Of a stretch of 64,000 nucleotides of DNA, positions 40,379-52,000 are shown in pieces; positions within the stretch are counted from its first letter, which is position 1; every line of letters starts with the position of its first letter. Below the pieces are notes generated by a model that made no database searches, was not told the origin of the DNA, and worked only from the letters and a program-made list of their open reading frames with translations. A program made the translations under genes and the position numbers. The stretch covers positions 1,056,001 to 1,120,000 of the forward strand of contig OZ242372.1 in assembly GCA_965209035.1 (NCBI GenBank), written 5' to 3'. The stretch is from Gammaproteobacteria bacterium. Its GTDB lineage: Bacteria; Pseudomonadota; Gammaproteobacteria; CBDBNL01; JAAOII01.

Positions 40379-41584
40379 TTATCTTTTTACTTTTTTCCGT
40401 TTTTTATCAAGGGGTTTTAATGTCAATGCCAAGTCTCGGAGATCAATCGCTTCCTTATGATCCGGGTTTATTTCCAACACCTTATCATAATCCTCAATCG
40501 CAGCGTCATACTGATTTAATTTAAGTTTGATCGTTCCTCTATTGAAAAAGGCTTTCGCATTTTGCGGTTCAAATTCTATAACACGGTCATAATCGGCAAG
40601 AGCCTCCTTATGCTGTTCTAATCTAAGCCGGGCATTTCCCCGATAGAAGTACGTTCGGGCATCTGCCGGATCAATTTCTATGGCACGGCTATAATCGGCA
40701 ACAGTCTGTTCGAATTGTTCTAACTGGGCATAGGCATTTCCCCGATTGCCATATGCCGCGGCACATTTCGGATCCATTTCAATGGCACAGTCAAAATCGG
40801 CAATCGCCTCTTCAAACTGCTCTAATTTTCTCTTGTCATTTGCCCGCTCGTGATATGCCGCGGCATATTTGGGATTAATTTCAATGGCACGACCGTGATC
40901 GGCAATAGATAGTTCATACTGCTCTAAATTGCTGCGGGCAGCTCCTCTGTAAAAGTATGCTTCCGCAAACTGCGGATTAATTTCTATGGCACGGGTATAA
41001 TCAGCGATAGCAGATTCATACCGCCCCAAGTCATACTTGGTAATTCCCCGCTTGCAGTGTGTCATGGCATCTGCCGGATCCAATTCAATGGCACGGTCAA
41101 AATCAGCAATAGCCTCTTCATACTGCTCTAATTTTCTTTTGACAATTGCCCGGTCGTGATATGCCGCGGCATATTTTGGATTAATTTCTATGGCACGATC
41201 AAAATCGGCAAGAGCCAGTTCATGCTGATTTAAATTGCTTCGGGCAATTCCTCTGCTGAAGTATGCTTCCTGAACTTGCGGGTTAATTTCTATGCCACGG
41301 GTATAATCAGCGATGGCCTTTTCATACTGTTGTAATCGCATCTCAACAAATGCCCGATTGTTATATGCTCTCGCATTTCTCGGGTCTATTTGAATGACAC
41401 GACCAAAATCGGCAATAGATTGCTCGCATTGTCCCACTTCAAGATTGGCAATTCCCCGGTTAAAGTACGCATCAATATTTTTAGGGCGAAGCAGGATCTC
41501 CTGATCATATTCTTTGATCGCACCCTGATAGTCCTTCTGTTGCAGCAGGGCGTTGCCTCTTTTCAAATAGCCTGTTCCGAACAT
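40379..41584 (-). CDS. Tetratricopeptide repeat protein 3 (basic tail)
   Basis: TPR repeats; ends KKRKKVKR. Confidence 0.95.
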   Translation of the reverse strand: MFGTGYLKRGNALLQQKDYQGAIKEYDQEILLRPKNIDAYFNRGIANLEVGQCEQSIADFGRVIQIDPRNARAYNNRAFVEMRLQQYEKAIADYTRGIEINPQVQEAYFSRGIARSNLNQHELALADFDRAIEINPKYAAAYHDRAIVKRKLEQYEEAIADFDRAIELDPADAMTHCKRGITKYDLGRYESAIADYTRAIEINPQFAEAYFYRGAARSNLEQYELSIADHGRAIEINPKYAAAYHERANDKRKLEQFEEAIADFDCAIEMDPKCAAAYGNRGNAYAQLEQFEQTVADYSRAIEIDPADARTYFYRGNARLRLEQHKEALADYDRVIEFEPQNAKAFFNRGTIKLKLNQYDAAIEDYDKVLEINPDHKEAIDLRDLALTLKPLDKKRKKVKR

Positions 41585-41716
41585 GATCTGTGTTGTCGTC
41601 GTCTTAGTGGTAAATTTTGAGTTTCTTTGCCCGGCATGTTTGCATTATACTTTTAAGCAAAACAAAATAAAGCAGTTGTTGGTAAAGTTTTGTGTCCGGT
41701 CATATTACAAGATTTT

Positions 41717-42823
41717 TTATTGCGACAAGCCTTTCTTTTGTAATCCCTTTTGTAATCCCTTTTGTAATCCCTTTTGTAATCCCTTTTGTAATCCCTTTTG
41801 TAATCCCTTTTTTGATCCCTTTTTTGATCCCCTTTTTTGTTTCTCTTTTAATCGCAGGGTATAGTCTCTCATATGAATCGTGTGCGGATCACTCGGGTTG
41901 ATTTTCAACGCCTTATCATAATCCTCAATCGCGGCATCAAATTGTTTCAATTCAAGTTTCACAACTCCTCTGCTTAATAATGTTTCCGCACTTTTGGGAT
42001 TCATTTGGATGGCACGATCCAGATCAGCCATCGCCGGCTCGTATTGTTTCAACCGGGCACGGGCAGTCCCCCGTTTGCCATATGCCTCGGCACCTTGCGG
42101 ATCCAGCTCAATCACACGATCATAGTCGGCAATAGCCGCCGCATACCGCCCCAAGTCAAACTTGGTATATCCCCGACTTTTATATGCCTCGACATATGCC
42201 GGATCAATTGCAATGGCACGGTCATAATCGGCAAGAGATTCTTCATACTGCTCTAATTCAAACTTGGCATTTCCCCGATGAATGTACGTCTCGGCATCTT
42301 GCGGATCCAGCTCAATCACACGATCATAGTCGGCAATAGCCGCCGCATACCGCCCCAAGTCAAACCTGGTATGTCCCCGATTTATATATGCCTTGACATC
42401 TGCCGGATTAATTTGAATGGCACGGTCATAATCGGCAAGAGATTCTTCAAGTTGCTCTAACTCGACTTTGGCATTTCCCCGACTGTTGTATGCCTCGGCA
42501 TATTCCGGATTAATTTCAATGGCACGGGTATAATCAGCGATAGCCTGTTCATGCTGCTCCAAGCAAAACTTGGCACTTCCCCGATTGAAGTATGCCTTGA
42601 CATCTGCCGGATAGATTTCAATGGCACGATCAAAATCAGCGATAGCCGGTTCGTATTGTTTCAATCGGGCATAGGAAACTCCCCGATTTAAATATGCGCC
42701 GACACTTTTGGGGGAAATCGCGATGATCCGGTCATACTCTTTGATCGCACCCGGATAGTCCTCTTGTTGCATAAGGGCGTCGGCTTTGTGGAAACGCTTT
42801 ATCATGGTGATGATCGATATCAT
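41717..42823 (-). CDS. Tetratricopeptide repeat protein 4 with KGLQ-repeat tail
   Basis: TPR repeats; C-terminal KGSK/KGLQ repeats. Confidence 0.93.
   Translation of the reverse strand: MISIITMIKRFHKADALMQQEDYPGAIKEYDRIIAISPKSVGAYLNRGVSYARLKQYEPAIADFDRAIEIYPADVKAYFNRGSAKFCLEQHEQAIADYTRAIEINPEYAEAYNSRGNAKVELEQLEESLADYDRAIQINPADVKAYINRGHTRFDLGRYAAAIADYDRVIELDPQDAETYIHRGNAKFELEQYEESLADYDRAIAIDPAYVEAYKSRGYTKFDLGRYAAAIADYDRVIELDPQGAEAYGKRGTARARLKQYEPAMADLDRAIQMNPKSAETLLSRGVVKLELKQFDAAIEDYDKALKINPSDPHTIHMRDYTLRLKEKQKRGSKKGSKKGLQKGLQKGLQKGLQKGLQKGLQKKGLSQ
41735..41830. repeat. 12-bp coding minisatellite
   Basis: CTTTTGTAATCC x6 plus CTTTTTTGATCC x2. Confidence 0.95.
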
Positions 42824-43051
42824 TGGCAGAACCTTTGGGTTGGTTGTATTAGTAGTGAATAATGAGTTCGGTTAATCTCTGCTTTCTATTGTTTGAACTT
42901 CTTTGCAAGACATGTTTGTATTATACTTTTAAAGGAAAGCAAAACCAAATTGAACTGTTCCTGAGTAAAAGATGTCCATGCTTCTTGGCAATATACCCGG
43001 TGCTTTTTAAAAAAGTGATTTAGAGTGTTTCGTCCAGTTGCTTTGTGTTTT

Positions 43052-46000
43052 TTAAATTAATGGCTTCTCTGATATGTAAGAAGGTAACTTCCCGGAGATT
43101 ATGGGGCTTATCGATTCTGGATGAGTACTATATGACGGCGAGACGGTCACCCCTGAGATATTATAGAAATTATTGGTTATTTCGGACTTGGATAGACTAT
43201 CTGTGACGGGTCCATCCTGAGATATTATAGAGATCATTATAGATAGGTGATAGATGAGGTTGCCCATAATTTCTTGTCGGGGCGGTCCCTGCCCAGAACT
43301 CACCGGGCGATTGATGAGGTTCTTTATCATTTCTTATTGGGGAGGCAGCAACCTGATTCGGCATAAGGCGGTTGATGAGGTTATCTATAATTTCTCTTGG
43401 ACGGATAGAAAGTGTTTTTGTCCCCATAACGATATCCGCGGTGTATCGTTTATCAAGAAAGTCTATAAATTTCTCTACAAGGTCTGCTTTGTCTTTATCA
43501 CCTTCTACGGGCTTTGACAGCATTAAATCAATTGCCTGGCCTTTGATGAATGCATTCTCTTGCAAGGCATGAAACTTTTTCTCACTTCTTAAACAAATAA
43601 TCACATACCAAATAATAGAAAAATTTAAAGCAAAGGCAACGGTAAGTAAAGAGAATACTGATTGTGGTTTCAAATTTATTATAGCCTCACATTCTTGAAA
43701 GTAGCAACGAAAAAAAGTTATAAATACTGCCGCAATTATAGAAAATAACAAGACAAGCATACCCCCTAATGCATCGTCTCAAATGTCGACAAATATCTTC
43801 TTATTTTTCTTCCCGTCTTTCATAAGGTTTTTTTATTGAAGCAACCTTCTTTTCGTTTTTTAGTCTCAATGCATAGTCTCTGTTATGAATTGCTTGCCGA
43901 TTATCTGGGCTTATTTTCAAAGATTCAGTATAATCGTCTATCGCAGCGTCATACTGTTTCAACCCAAGTTTAGCATTTCCCCGATTGAAGTATGCACTGG
44001 CATCTTTCGGATTAATTGCAATGGCACGGTCAAAATCAGCAATAGCCTGTTCGTATTGTTTCAACAGAGTATAGGAATTTCCCCGATTCTTGTATGCGCT
44101 CGCATTTTTTGGATTAATTTCAACGGCACGGTCAAAATCAGCAATAGCCTGTTCGTATTGTTTCAACAGAGCATAAGCAGTTCCTCGATTGTTGTATGCC
44201 TTAGCGTGTTCAGGATCAATTTTAATGGCACGATCATAATCCGCAATGGCTTTTTTATGCTGCTTCAATACGATTCGGGCAGTTCCTCGCCTTAAGTACA
44301 CCTCGGCATCTTCCGGATTAATTTGTATGGCACAGTCATAATCGGCGATGGATTGTTCATACTGTTCTAATTTAAACTTGACATTTCCTCGATAGAAGTA
44401 TACCTTGGTATCTTCCGGATTAATTTCAAGGGCACGGTCGTAATCAGCGATAGCCTGTTCGTATTGTTTCAACAGGGTGTAGGCATATCCTCTATTGTTG
44501 TACGCCTCGGCATATTCCGAATTAATTTGAATGGCAAGATCAAAATCAGCGATGGCTTTTTCATACTGCTTAAATTCGCCTCTGGCAGTTCCACGATTGT
44601 TGTATGCATTCGCATCCTTCGGATTAATTTCAATGGCACGATCATAGTCAGCGATAGCCTGTTTGTATTGTTTCAACACAGCATAGCAATTTCCCCGACC
44701 GTTGTGCGCTTCGACATCTTTCGGATTAATTTCAATGGCACGATCATAATCAGCAATAGCCTGTTCGTATTGTTTCAACACAGCATAGCAATTTCCCCGA
44801 TTGTTGTATGCATTCGCATTTTTCGGATTAATTTCAATGGCACGGTCAAAATCAGCGATAGCCTGTTCGTATTGTTTCAACACAGCATAGGACTTTCCCC
44901 AATTGTTGTATGCTTTGGCATGTTCCGGATTAATTTCAATGGCACGATCATAATCAGCAATAGCCTATCCGTATTGTTTCAACCGGGCGTGGGCAGCTCC
45001 CCGATTATTATATGCCTCGGCATCTTCCGGATTAATTTCAATGGCACGATCATAGTCGGCAAGAGCCTGTTCATACTGTTCTAATTCAAACTTGACATTT
45101 CCCCGATTGAAATATGCTTCGGCATATTTCAGATTAATTTTAATGGCACGGCCGTAATCAGCGATAGCCTGTTCGTATTGTTTCAACAGGGTGTAGGCAG
45201 CTCCCCGATTGTTATATGCCTCGGCATCTTCCGGATTAATTTCAATGGCACGATCATAATCGGCAATGGCATGTTCATACTGTTTCAATTCCCTTTTAGC
45301 ATTTCCACGATTATTATATGCTGCTGCATTTTTTGAATCAAGTTCAATGACACGATCAAAATCAGCAATAGCCTGTTCGTATTGTTTCAACAGAGCATAG
45401 GAATTTCCCCGTTTTAAGTGCGCCTTGGCATCTTTAGGATTAATTTCAATGGCACGGTTATAATCGGCGACAGGTTGTTTGGATTGTTTTAATTGGACAC
45501 GGGCAGTTTCCCGATTGTTGTATGCATTCACATCTTTCGGATTAATTTCAAGGGCACGATCATAATCGGTAATAGCCTGTTCGTATTGTTTCAACAGAGC
45601 ATAGGAATTTCCCCGATTGTTGTATGCCGCCACCTTTTTTGGATCAAATTGAATGACACGATCGTAGTCCAAAATAGCTTTTTCATACTGCTTTAATATG
45701 CTCCTGACAGTTCCTCGATTTAAGTATACCGCGGCATCTTGCGGATTAATTTGTATGGCACGATCATAATCGGCGGTAGATTGTTCATATTGTTTTAATT
45801 TAAACTTGATATTTCCCCGATTGAAGTATGCTCTGGCATCTTGTGGATTAATTTGTATGGCACGATCATAATCGGCGATAGCCTGTTCGTATTGTTTCAA
45901 CCGGGCATAGGAATTTCCCCGATTGTTATATGCTCTGGTATCTTGCGGATTAATTTCAATAGCACGATCATAATCGGCAAGAGCCTGTTCGTATTGTTTT

Positions 46001-46761
46001 AACTGGGCATGAATATTTCCTCGATTGTTGTATGCTATTGCATTTTTTGAATCAATCTGAAGGGCACGATTATAATCGGCAATGGCATGCTCGTATTGTT
46101 TTAACTGGACATGAGCAGTCCCCCGATTTAAGTATGCCTTAGCATCTTTCGGATTAATTTCAATAGCACGATCATAATCGGCTATAGATTGTTCATACTG
46201 TTCTAATTTAAACTTGGCAATTCCCCGATTGTTGTATGCGTTCGCATCTTTCAGATTAATTTCAATAGCACGATCATAATCGGCGATAGATTGTTCATAC
46301 TGTTCTAATTTAAACTTGATTTTTCCTCGATTATTGTAGGCATCTACATCTTTTGGATTAATTTCAATAGCACGATCATAATCGGCAAGAGCCTGTTCAT
46401 GCTGCTTCAATTCGCTTCTGACAGTTCCCCGATTGTTGTATGCGTTCGCATCTTTCGGATTAATTTCAATGGCACGACCATAGTCGGCAATAGCCTGTTC
46501 ATATCGTTTCAACCCGGCGTGGATAGTTCCCCGATTGTTGTATGTGTCCGCATCTTCCGGATTAATTTCAATGACACGATCAAAATCAGCAACAGATTGT
46601 TCGTATTGTTTCAACACAGCATAGGCAATTCCTCGATGTAAGTGCGCGTCGACATTTTTGGGGTCAAGCCTAATGGCTTGATCATATTCTTTTATTGCAC
46701 CCTGATAGTCCTTCTGTTGCAGAAGGGCAATACCTTTTTTCAAATACTCTTTTCCGGTCAT
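43052..46761 (-). pseudogene. Very long TPR + membrane-anchor gene 5, disrupted
   Basis: In-frame TAG at 44965-44967 (CAG in sister repeats), TAA at 43801-43803, +1 shift in the G-run near 43762, further shift near 43340; fragments align to 46951-48708. Confidence 0.85.
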
Positions 46762-46950
46762 GATCGATGTTGTTGGTAACACCTTTCGGTTGGTCGTATT
46801 AGTAGTGAATTTTGAGTTTTCTTGCCAGACACGTTTGTATTATACAATTAAACCAAATATACCCGACAAGATACAGGTTCGTAAAGAATATTTGGGCTCC
46901 CTGTCAATATACCTAGTGCTCTTTCATAAAGTGAATTAGAATTCTTCTCT

Positions 46951-48708
46951 TTACTGTTTTGTATCTTTTAGATCAAGGGTTTCTCTGAGACGATTGATGA
47001 GATTCTCTATAATTTCTTGTTGAGGGATAGAAGGTGTTTTTGTTCCCATAACAATATCGGCTGTGGATCGTTTATCATGAAAGTCTATAAATTTCTCTAC
47101 GAGGCGCGCTCTATCCTTGTCATCCCTTACAGGTTTTGACAGAATTAAATCAATCACTTGACGCTTGGTAAAAGCATCCTCCAGCAAGGCATGAAATTTT
47201 TTCTCGCTTCTTAAGCAAATTATCGCATACCAAATGAAAGAAAAACTCAAAACAAAGGAAATGGCAATTAAAGAGAATATTGCTTGTGGTCGCAGATTTA
47301 TTAGTATTTCTTGAATGATTGGTATTTGCTGATTTATTATGTCTTCACATTCTTGAAAAAGGCACGGCAACAAGGGTGCAAATACTATAGATGCTGCAAG
47401 AACAAATATTAACGCAATTATAATTGCAACCATAAAAAGCATGCCCCTAGTTTGCCACCTTAAAAAGCAACAATTTTTTTTATATTCTTTTTCCCGATCT
47501 GCATAAGATTCTTTTATTGAAATAAAATCCTCTTCGTTTTTTCGTCTCAAAGCATATTCTCTGTCATGATTTGCCTGCCAGTTATCCCGATTTATTTTCA
47601 AGGATGCCGTATAGTCCTCTATTGCTGCGTCATACTGTTTTAATTCGAGTTTGGTAGTTCCTCTATTGAAGTATATTTCCGCATTTTGAGGATTGATTTT
47701 AATCGCTCGGTCATAGTCGGCAAAAGCCTGTTTGTATTTTTTCAACCGGGCGTAAGCAGCCCCTCTATTATTATATGCTTCGGCATCCTCCGGATTAATT
47801 TGAATGGCACGATCATAATTGGCGATGGCTTTTTCATACTGCTTCAATTCGTTTCTGGCAATTCCTCGATAGTTATATGTGTCTGAATCTTTCGGATTAA
47901 TTTGAATCGCGCGGTCATAATCGGCGATGGCTTGTTCATACTGTGCTAATTCAAACTTGGCAGCCCCCCGGTTGAAGTATGCTTGGGCATACCCCGGATT
48001 AATTTGCAGTGCACGATCATAATTGGCGATGGCCTGTTCATACTGTGCTAATTCAAACTTGGCAGCCCCTCGATTGAAGTATGCTTTGGCATCTTCCGGG
48101 TTAATTTCAATCGCTCGGTCATGGTCTGCAATAGCCTGTTCATACTGTTTTAATTCGAACTTAGCCTTTCCTCGATTAAAGTATGCTTTGGAATCTTGAG
48201 GATTAATTTCAATCGCACGGTCGTAATCGGCAATAGCCTGTTCATACTGTTTTAATTCTAACTTAGTGTTTCCGCGATTGAAATACGCCTTGGCATATTC
48301 CGAATTAAATTCAATAGCACGATTATAATCAGCGATGGCTTTTTCATACTGCTTCAATTCGCTTCTGGCATTTCCACGATTGTTGTATGCCTTGGCATCT
48401 TCTGGATTAATTTCAACGACACGATTATAATCGGCGATAGCCTTTTCGTATTGTTTCAACCCAGCATAGACATTTCCACGATTGTTGTATGCCTTGGCGT
48501 CTTCTGGATTGATTTGTATCGCACGACTATAATCGGCAATAGCCCGTTCATTCTGTTTTAATTTAAAATTGGCCGTTTTCCAATGTAAATGTGCTTCGGT
48601 ATTTTGGGGATCAAGTTTAATGGCTTGGTCATATTCTTTTATCGCGCCCTGATAGTCCTTCTGTTGCAGAAGGGCGTTGCCTTTTTTCAAATGTTCTTCT
48701 ATGGTCAT
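46951..48708 (-). CDS. TPR protein 6 with two C-terminal TM helices
   Basis: TPR repeats, then MLFMVAIIIALIFVLA and AIFSLIAISFVLSFSFIWY. Confidence 0.93.
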   Translation of the reverse strand: MTIEEHLKKGNALLQQKDYQGAIKEYDQAIKLDPQNTEAHLHWKTANFKLKQNERAIADYSRAIQINPEDAKAYNNRGNVYAGLKQYEKAIADYNRVVEINPEDAKAYNNRGNARSELKQYEKAIADYNRAIEFNSEYAKAYFNRGNTKLELKQYEQAIADYDRAIEINPQDSKAYFNRGKAKFELKQYEQAIADHDRAIEINPEDAKAYFNRGAAKFELAQYEQAIANYDRALQINPGYAQAYFNRGAAKFELAQYEQAIADYDRAIQINPKDSDTYNYRGIARNELKQYEKAIANYDRAIQINPEDAEAYNNRGAAYARLKKYKQAFADYDRAIKINPQNAEIYFNRGTTKLELKQYDAAIEDYTASLKINRDNWQANHDREYALRRKNEEDFISIKESYADREKEYKKNCCFLRWQTRGMLFMVAIIIALIFVLAASIVFAPLLPCLFQECEDIINQQIPIIQEILINLRPQAIFSLIAISFVLSFSFIWYAIICLRSEKKFHALLEDAFTKRQVIDLILSKPVRDDKDRARLVEKFIDFHDKRSTADIVMGTKTPSIPQQEIIENLINRLRETLDLKDTKQ

Positions 48709-49031
48709 GATCTATGTTGTTAATAAAACCTTTCGGTTGATTGTATTAGTAGTAAATTTTCAATCTCTTTCCCGGACATGTTTGTATTATACTTTCTTTC
48801 TTTCCAAACAGACCAAAACCAAACGCATCCGACAAGACACAAGTACACAAACTCGCAAAAAATACGCCTACCCACCCAGCCTTAACACAAAGAGTCCGAA
48901 ACCGGTTGGGATGATACACCGCCCAGTTAAAGGTTTCAAAATAAAGTATAATTTGGAGAGGTTGGCTATGTATATGATAGCGTTGTGTTTGCTTCTCGGC
49001 AAACGCAATAAGAAATAAATGGGGTAAAGAT

Positions 49032-52000
49032 ATGGCCAATTCATTTGAGGATGTCCTCAATACACTGAGGGAACTCAGTAACAATAAGAGGGAACAGGGG
49101 AGACGATTTGAGTGCTTGATGCAGTCCTTCTTGCAAGAAGACCCCGAATACAAAAATCTGTTTTCGGATGTCTGGCTGTGGGAACAATGGCCCGACCGCG
49201 ATGGTCCGGATACGGGCATAGACCTGGTTGCCCGCGAAAGGGAAACCGGGCGTTTCTGGGCAATCCAATGTAAGTTCTACAAGAAGGAGTATTCTCTGGC
49301 AAAGTCCGACATAGATTCGTTTTTGGCCGCCTCGGGAACAAGGCAATTCCACTACCGCATGATTATCAGCACCACCGATCAGTGGACGGGCAATCTGCGC
49401 CGAGAGGTAGAAAACCAAAAGACCCCCTGCCGGATTTTACGATTTCAAACTCTGGCGAAACGGGATATTGTGTGGCCCGACCTGGCAAGAAACCAAACAA
49501 CGATCAAAATCAATGCGCCCAAAAAACCATGGAAGCACCAAGAGGATGCCATTGAAAAAGTCATCGCCGGCTTAAAGGTTGCCGACCGGGGAAAACTGAT
49601 TATGGCATGCGGGACGGGCAAGACACTAACCTCAATAAGAATTGCCGAAAAGATGCTCCCGCAGGGTGGCACAGTGTTGTTTCTTGCGCCGTCTCTTTCC
49701 CTCCTGTCACAAAACATCTGCGAATGGGCGTATAACAAAACGACCGAGCATACTTATTTGGCGGTCTGTTCGGATACGGGGGTTGGCCGACATCGCAATC
49801 AAAAGACAGAGGAAGACGCAAACGACCCGGACGCCCACTATACAAAGTTGGAGGACCTGGCTTACCCCGCCACAACCAACAGCAAAGAGATACGCGACAG
49901 GCTCGGCAAGCGAAAAGAAAAATTGCAAGTTGTCTTTTCCACTTATCATTCGTTGGAAGTGCTGCACCTGGCACAAAAAGACGGCGCCGCCGAGTTTGAT
50001 TTGGTCATCTGCGACGAAGCCCACAAAACGGCGGGACAAAAAAGACCGGACGGGACCATTCCGGAGTTTTCCCAAATTCACGATGCCAACTACCTGCGCG
50101 CCCGCAAGCGATTATATATGACCGCCACCCCGAAAATTTTTGCCGAGAAGGCGCGCCAAAAAGCGGACGAGGCCGAAATAGATCTCTTTTCTATGGATGA
50201 CCCGAAGGTGTTCGGCGAAGAACTCTATCGCCTCAGTTTCGGCAAGGCGGTGGAGAACCGGATGCTGGCGGATTACAGGGTGATCATCCTGTGCGTCTCC
50301 AAAGAATACATCGCCAACAAGTTCCCCGCATTCTTGGCGGACCAAGATCTTAAATTACCGGATGCCGTCAAGATGGCGGGTTGCTGGCGTGCACTGACCG
50401 AGAAGGCCATATCGCAAAGAGAAGCATCCGGCGGCGATACCGGCCATACCGGAGATGCCGAAAACACCGCCAACCCGGCCGACACGGAAACACCGCCGAA
50501 AATCCTTTCCCGCTCGGTGGCATTTTTCAATCGTATCAAAGACTCAAAACATTTCCAAGAAAAGATGCAAAATGTCGTCAAAAGAATTCAAGACAAAAAA
50601 ACTGCCGAAGGAAACGAATCGCAAATCCCGTTCGGTATCGAGCATGTGGACGGAACTCAAGGAGCATTGGAACGCAGCCGGAAATTGGATTGGTTGCGCG
50701 ATGCGAGCAACGCAGAGTGCCGCATTCTGATGAATGTCCGCTGTCTTTCCGAAGGCATCGATGTGCCGGCCCTGGATGCGGTGCTGTTCATGCAGCCGCG
50801 CAGATCCGAAGTGGATGTGGTGCAATCGGTCGGGCGGGTGATGCGAAAGGCGCCCGATAAGAAATACGGTTATATCATTCTACCGGTGGTAGCGCCGGCA
50901 AATGCGGATGAAGCAAAGGTCTTGGACAAGAACGAAGATTACAAAACCATCTGGGAAGTTCTAAACGCACTGCGCGCGCATGACGACCGGTTCAATGCGA
51001 TGATTCACAAGATAGACCTCAACCACAAAAAACCGGACCAAGTGGATATCATCGGCATCGGCGCGGGCGGCGAGGTTGTCGAGGATACAAAAGGACTATA
51101 CGGGGGGCAATTGGATCTGCGTTTCGGTGAAATAGAAGAAAAGATTTACGCGACCATCGTCAAGAAATGCGGCGAGCGTCTGTATTGGGAAGATTGGGCA
51201 AAGAATGCCGCCGAACTTGTAAGCCATACGGAAACGCGCATCCGCGGTCTGGTTAAAAATAAGGAGGGCGCCGCCAAAGAATTCAACAAATTTCTTAAGA
51301 CACTGCGCGGGGCAATTAACCCCGCCATCACCGAAGAGGATGCCCGGATGATGCTCGGCCAGCATGCGGTGACCCAGGCAATTTTTGAAGCACTCTTTGC
51401 CGACTACGAGTTCGCGCAACAAAATCCCGTGTCGCAACGGATGAATGCGGTTCTAAACCATCTGGGACAATACGGTCTGCAAAACGAGGTTCGCGATCTG
51501 GAAAGTTTCTACGAGGATGTCCGCAAACGCGTTGCCAAAATAGACAACGCGGAAGGACGCCAAGCGGTCATGGCAAGCCTGTATGAGAAGTTCTTTTCGG
51601 CGGCATTTGCCAAGGAAGCAAATCGGCTGGGCATTGTTTACACGCCGCCCGAAGTGGCGGACTTCATTTTGCACAGTGCGGACGCGGTTGCCCGCCAAGA
51701 ATTCGGCGAAGGATTGGCGGACGAGAATGTTAACATTCTGGATCCCTTCACGGGAACCGGGCTGTTTGTCGCCCGCCTGCTTCAAAACAAGGAACTGATC
51801 GGCGATGATGCTCTCAAACGGAAATTCCAAAAAGAGGTCTTTGCCTATGAGACGGTCCTGCTGGCATACTACATCGCCGCCGTCAATATTGAGGCGGCCT
51901 ATCAGTCCCGGCTAAACGAAAAGCACTACGAACCTTTCAAGGGCATCGCCCTGACAGACACCTTTCAACGGGCGGAAAAGGATAAAACCGAAGACATCTT

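Noticed and set aside
37169-48708. DGR-type adenine mutagenesis of TPR Asn (AAY) codons
   Set aside because: Many variants are NNY, but non-adenine changes also occur, and no reverse transcriptase or template repeat is in the window. A remote DGR cannot be excluded without a genome search.
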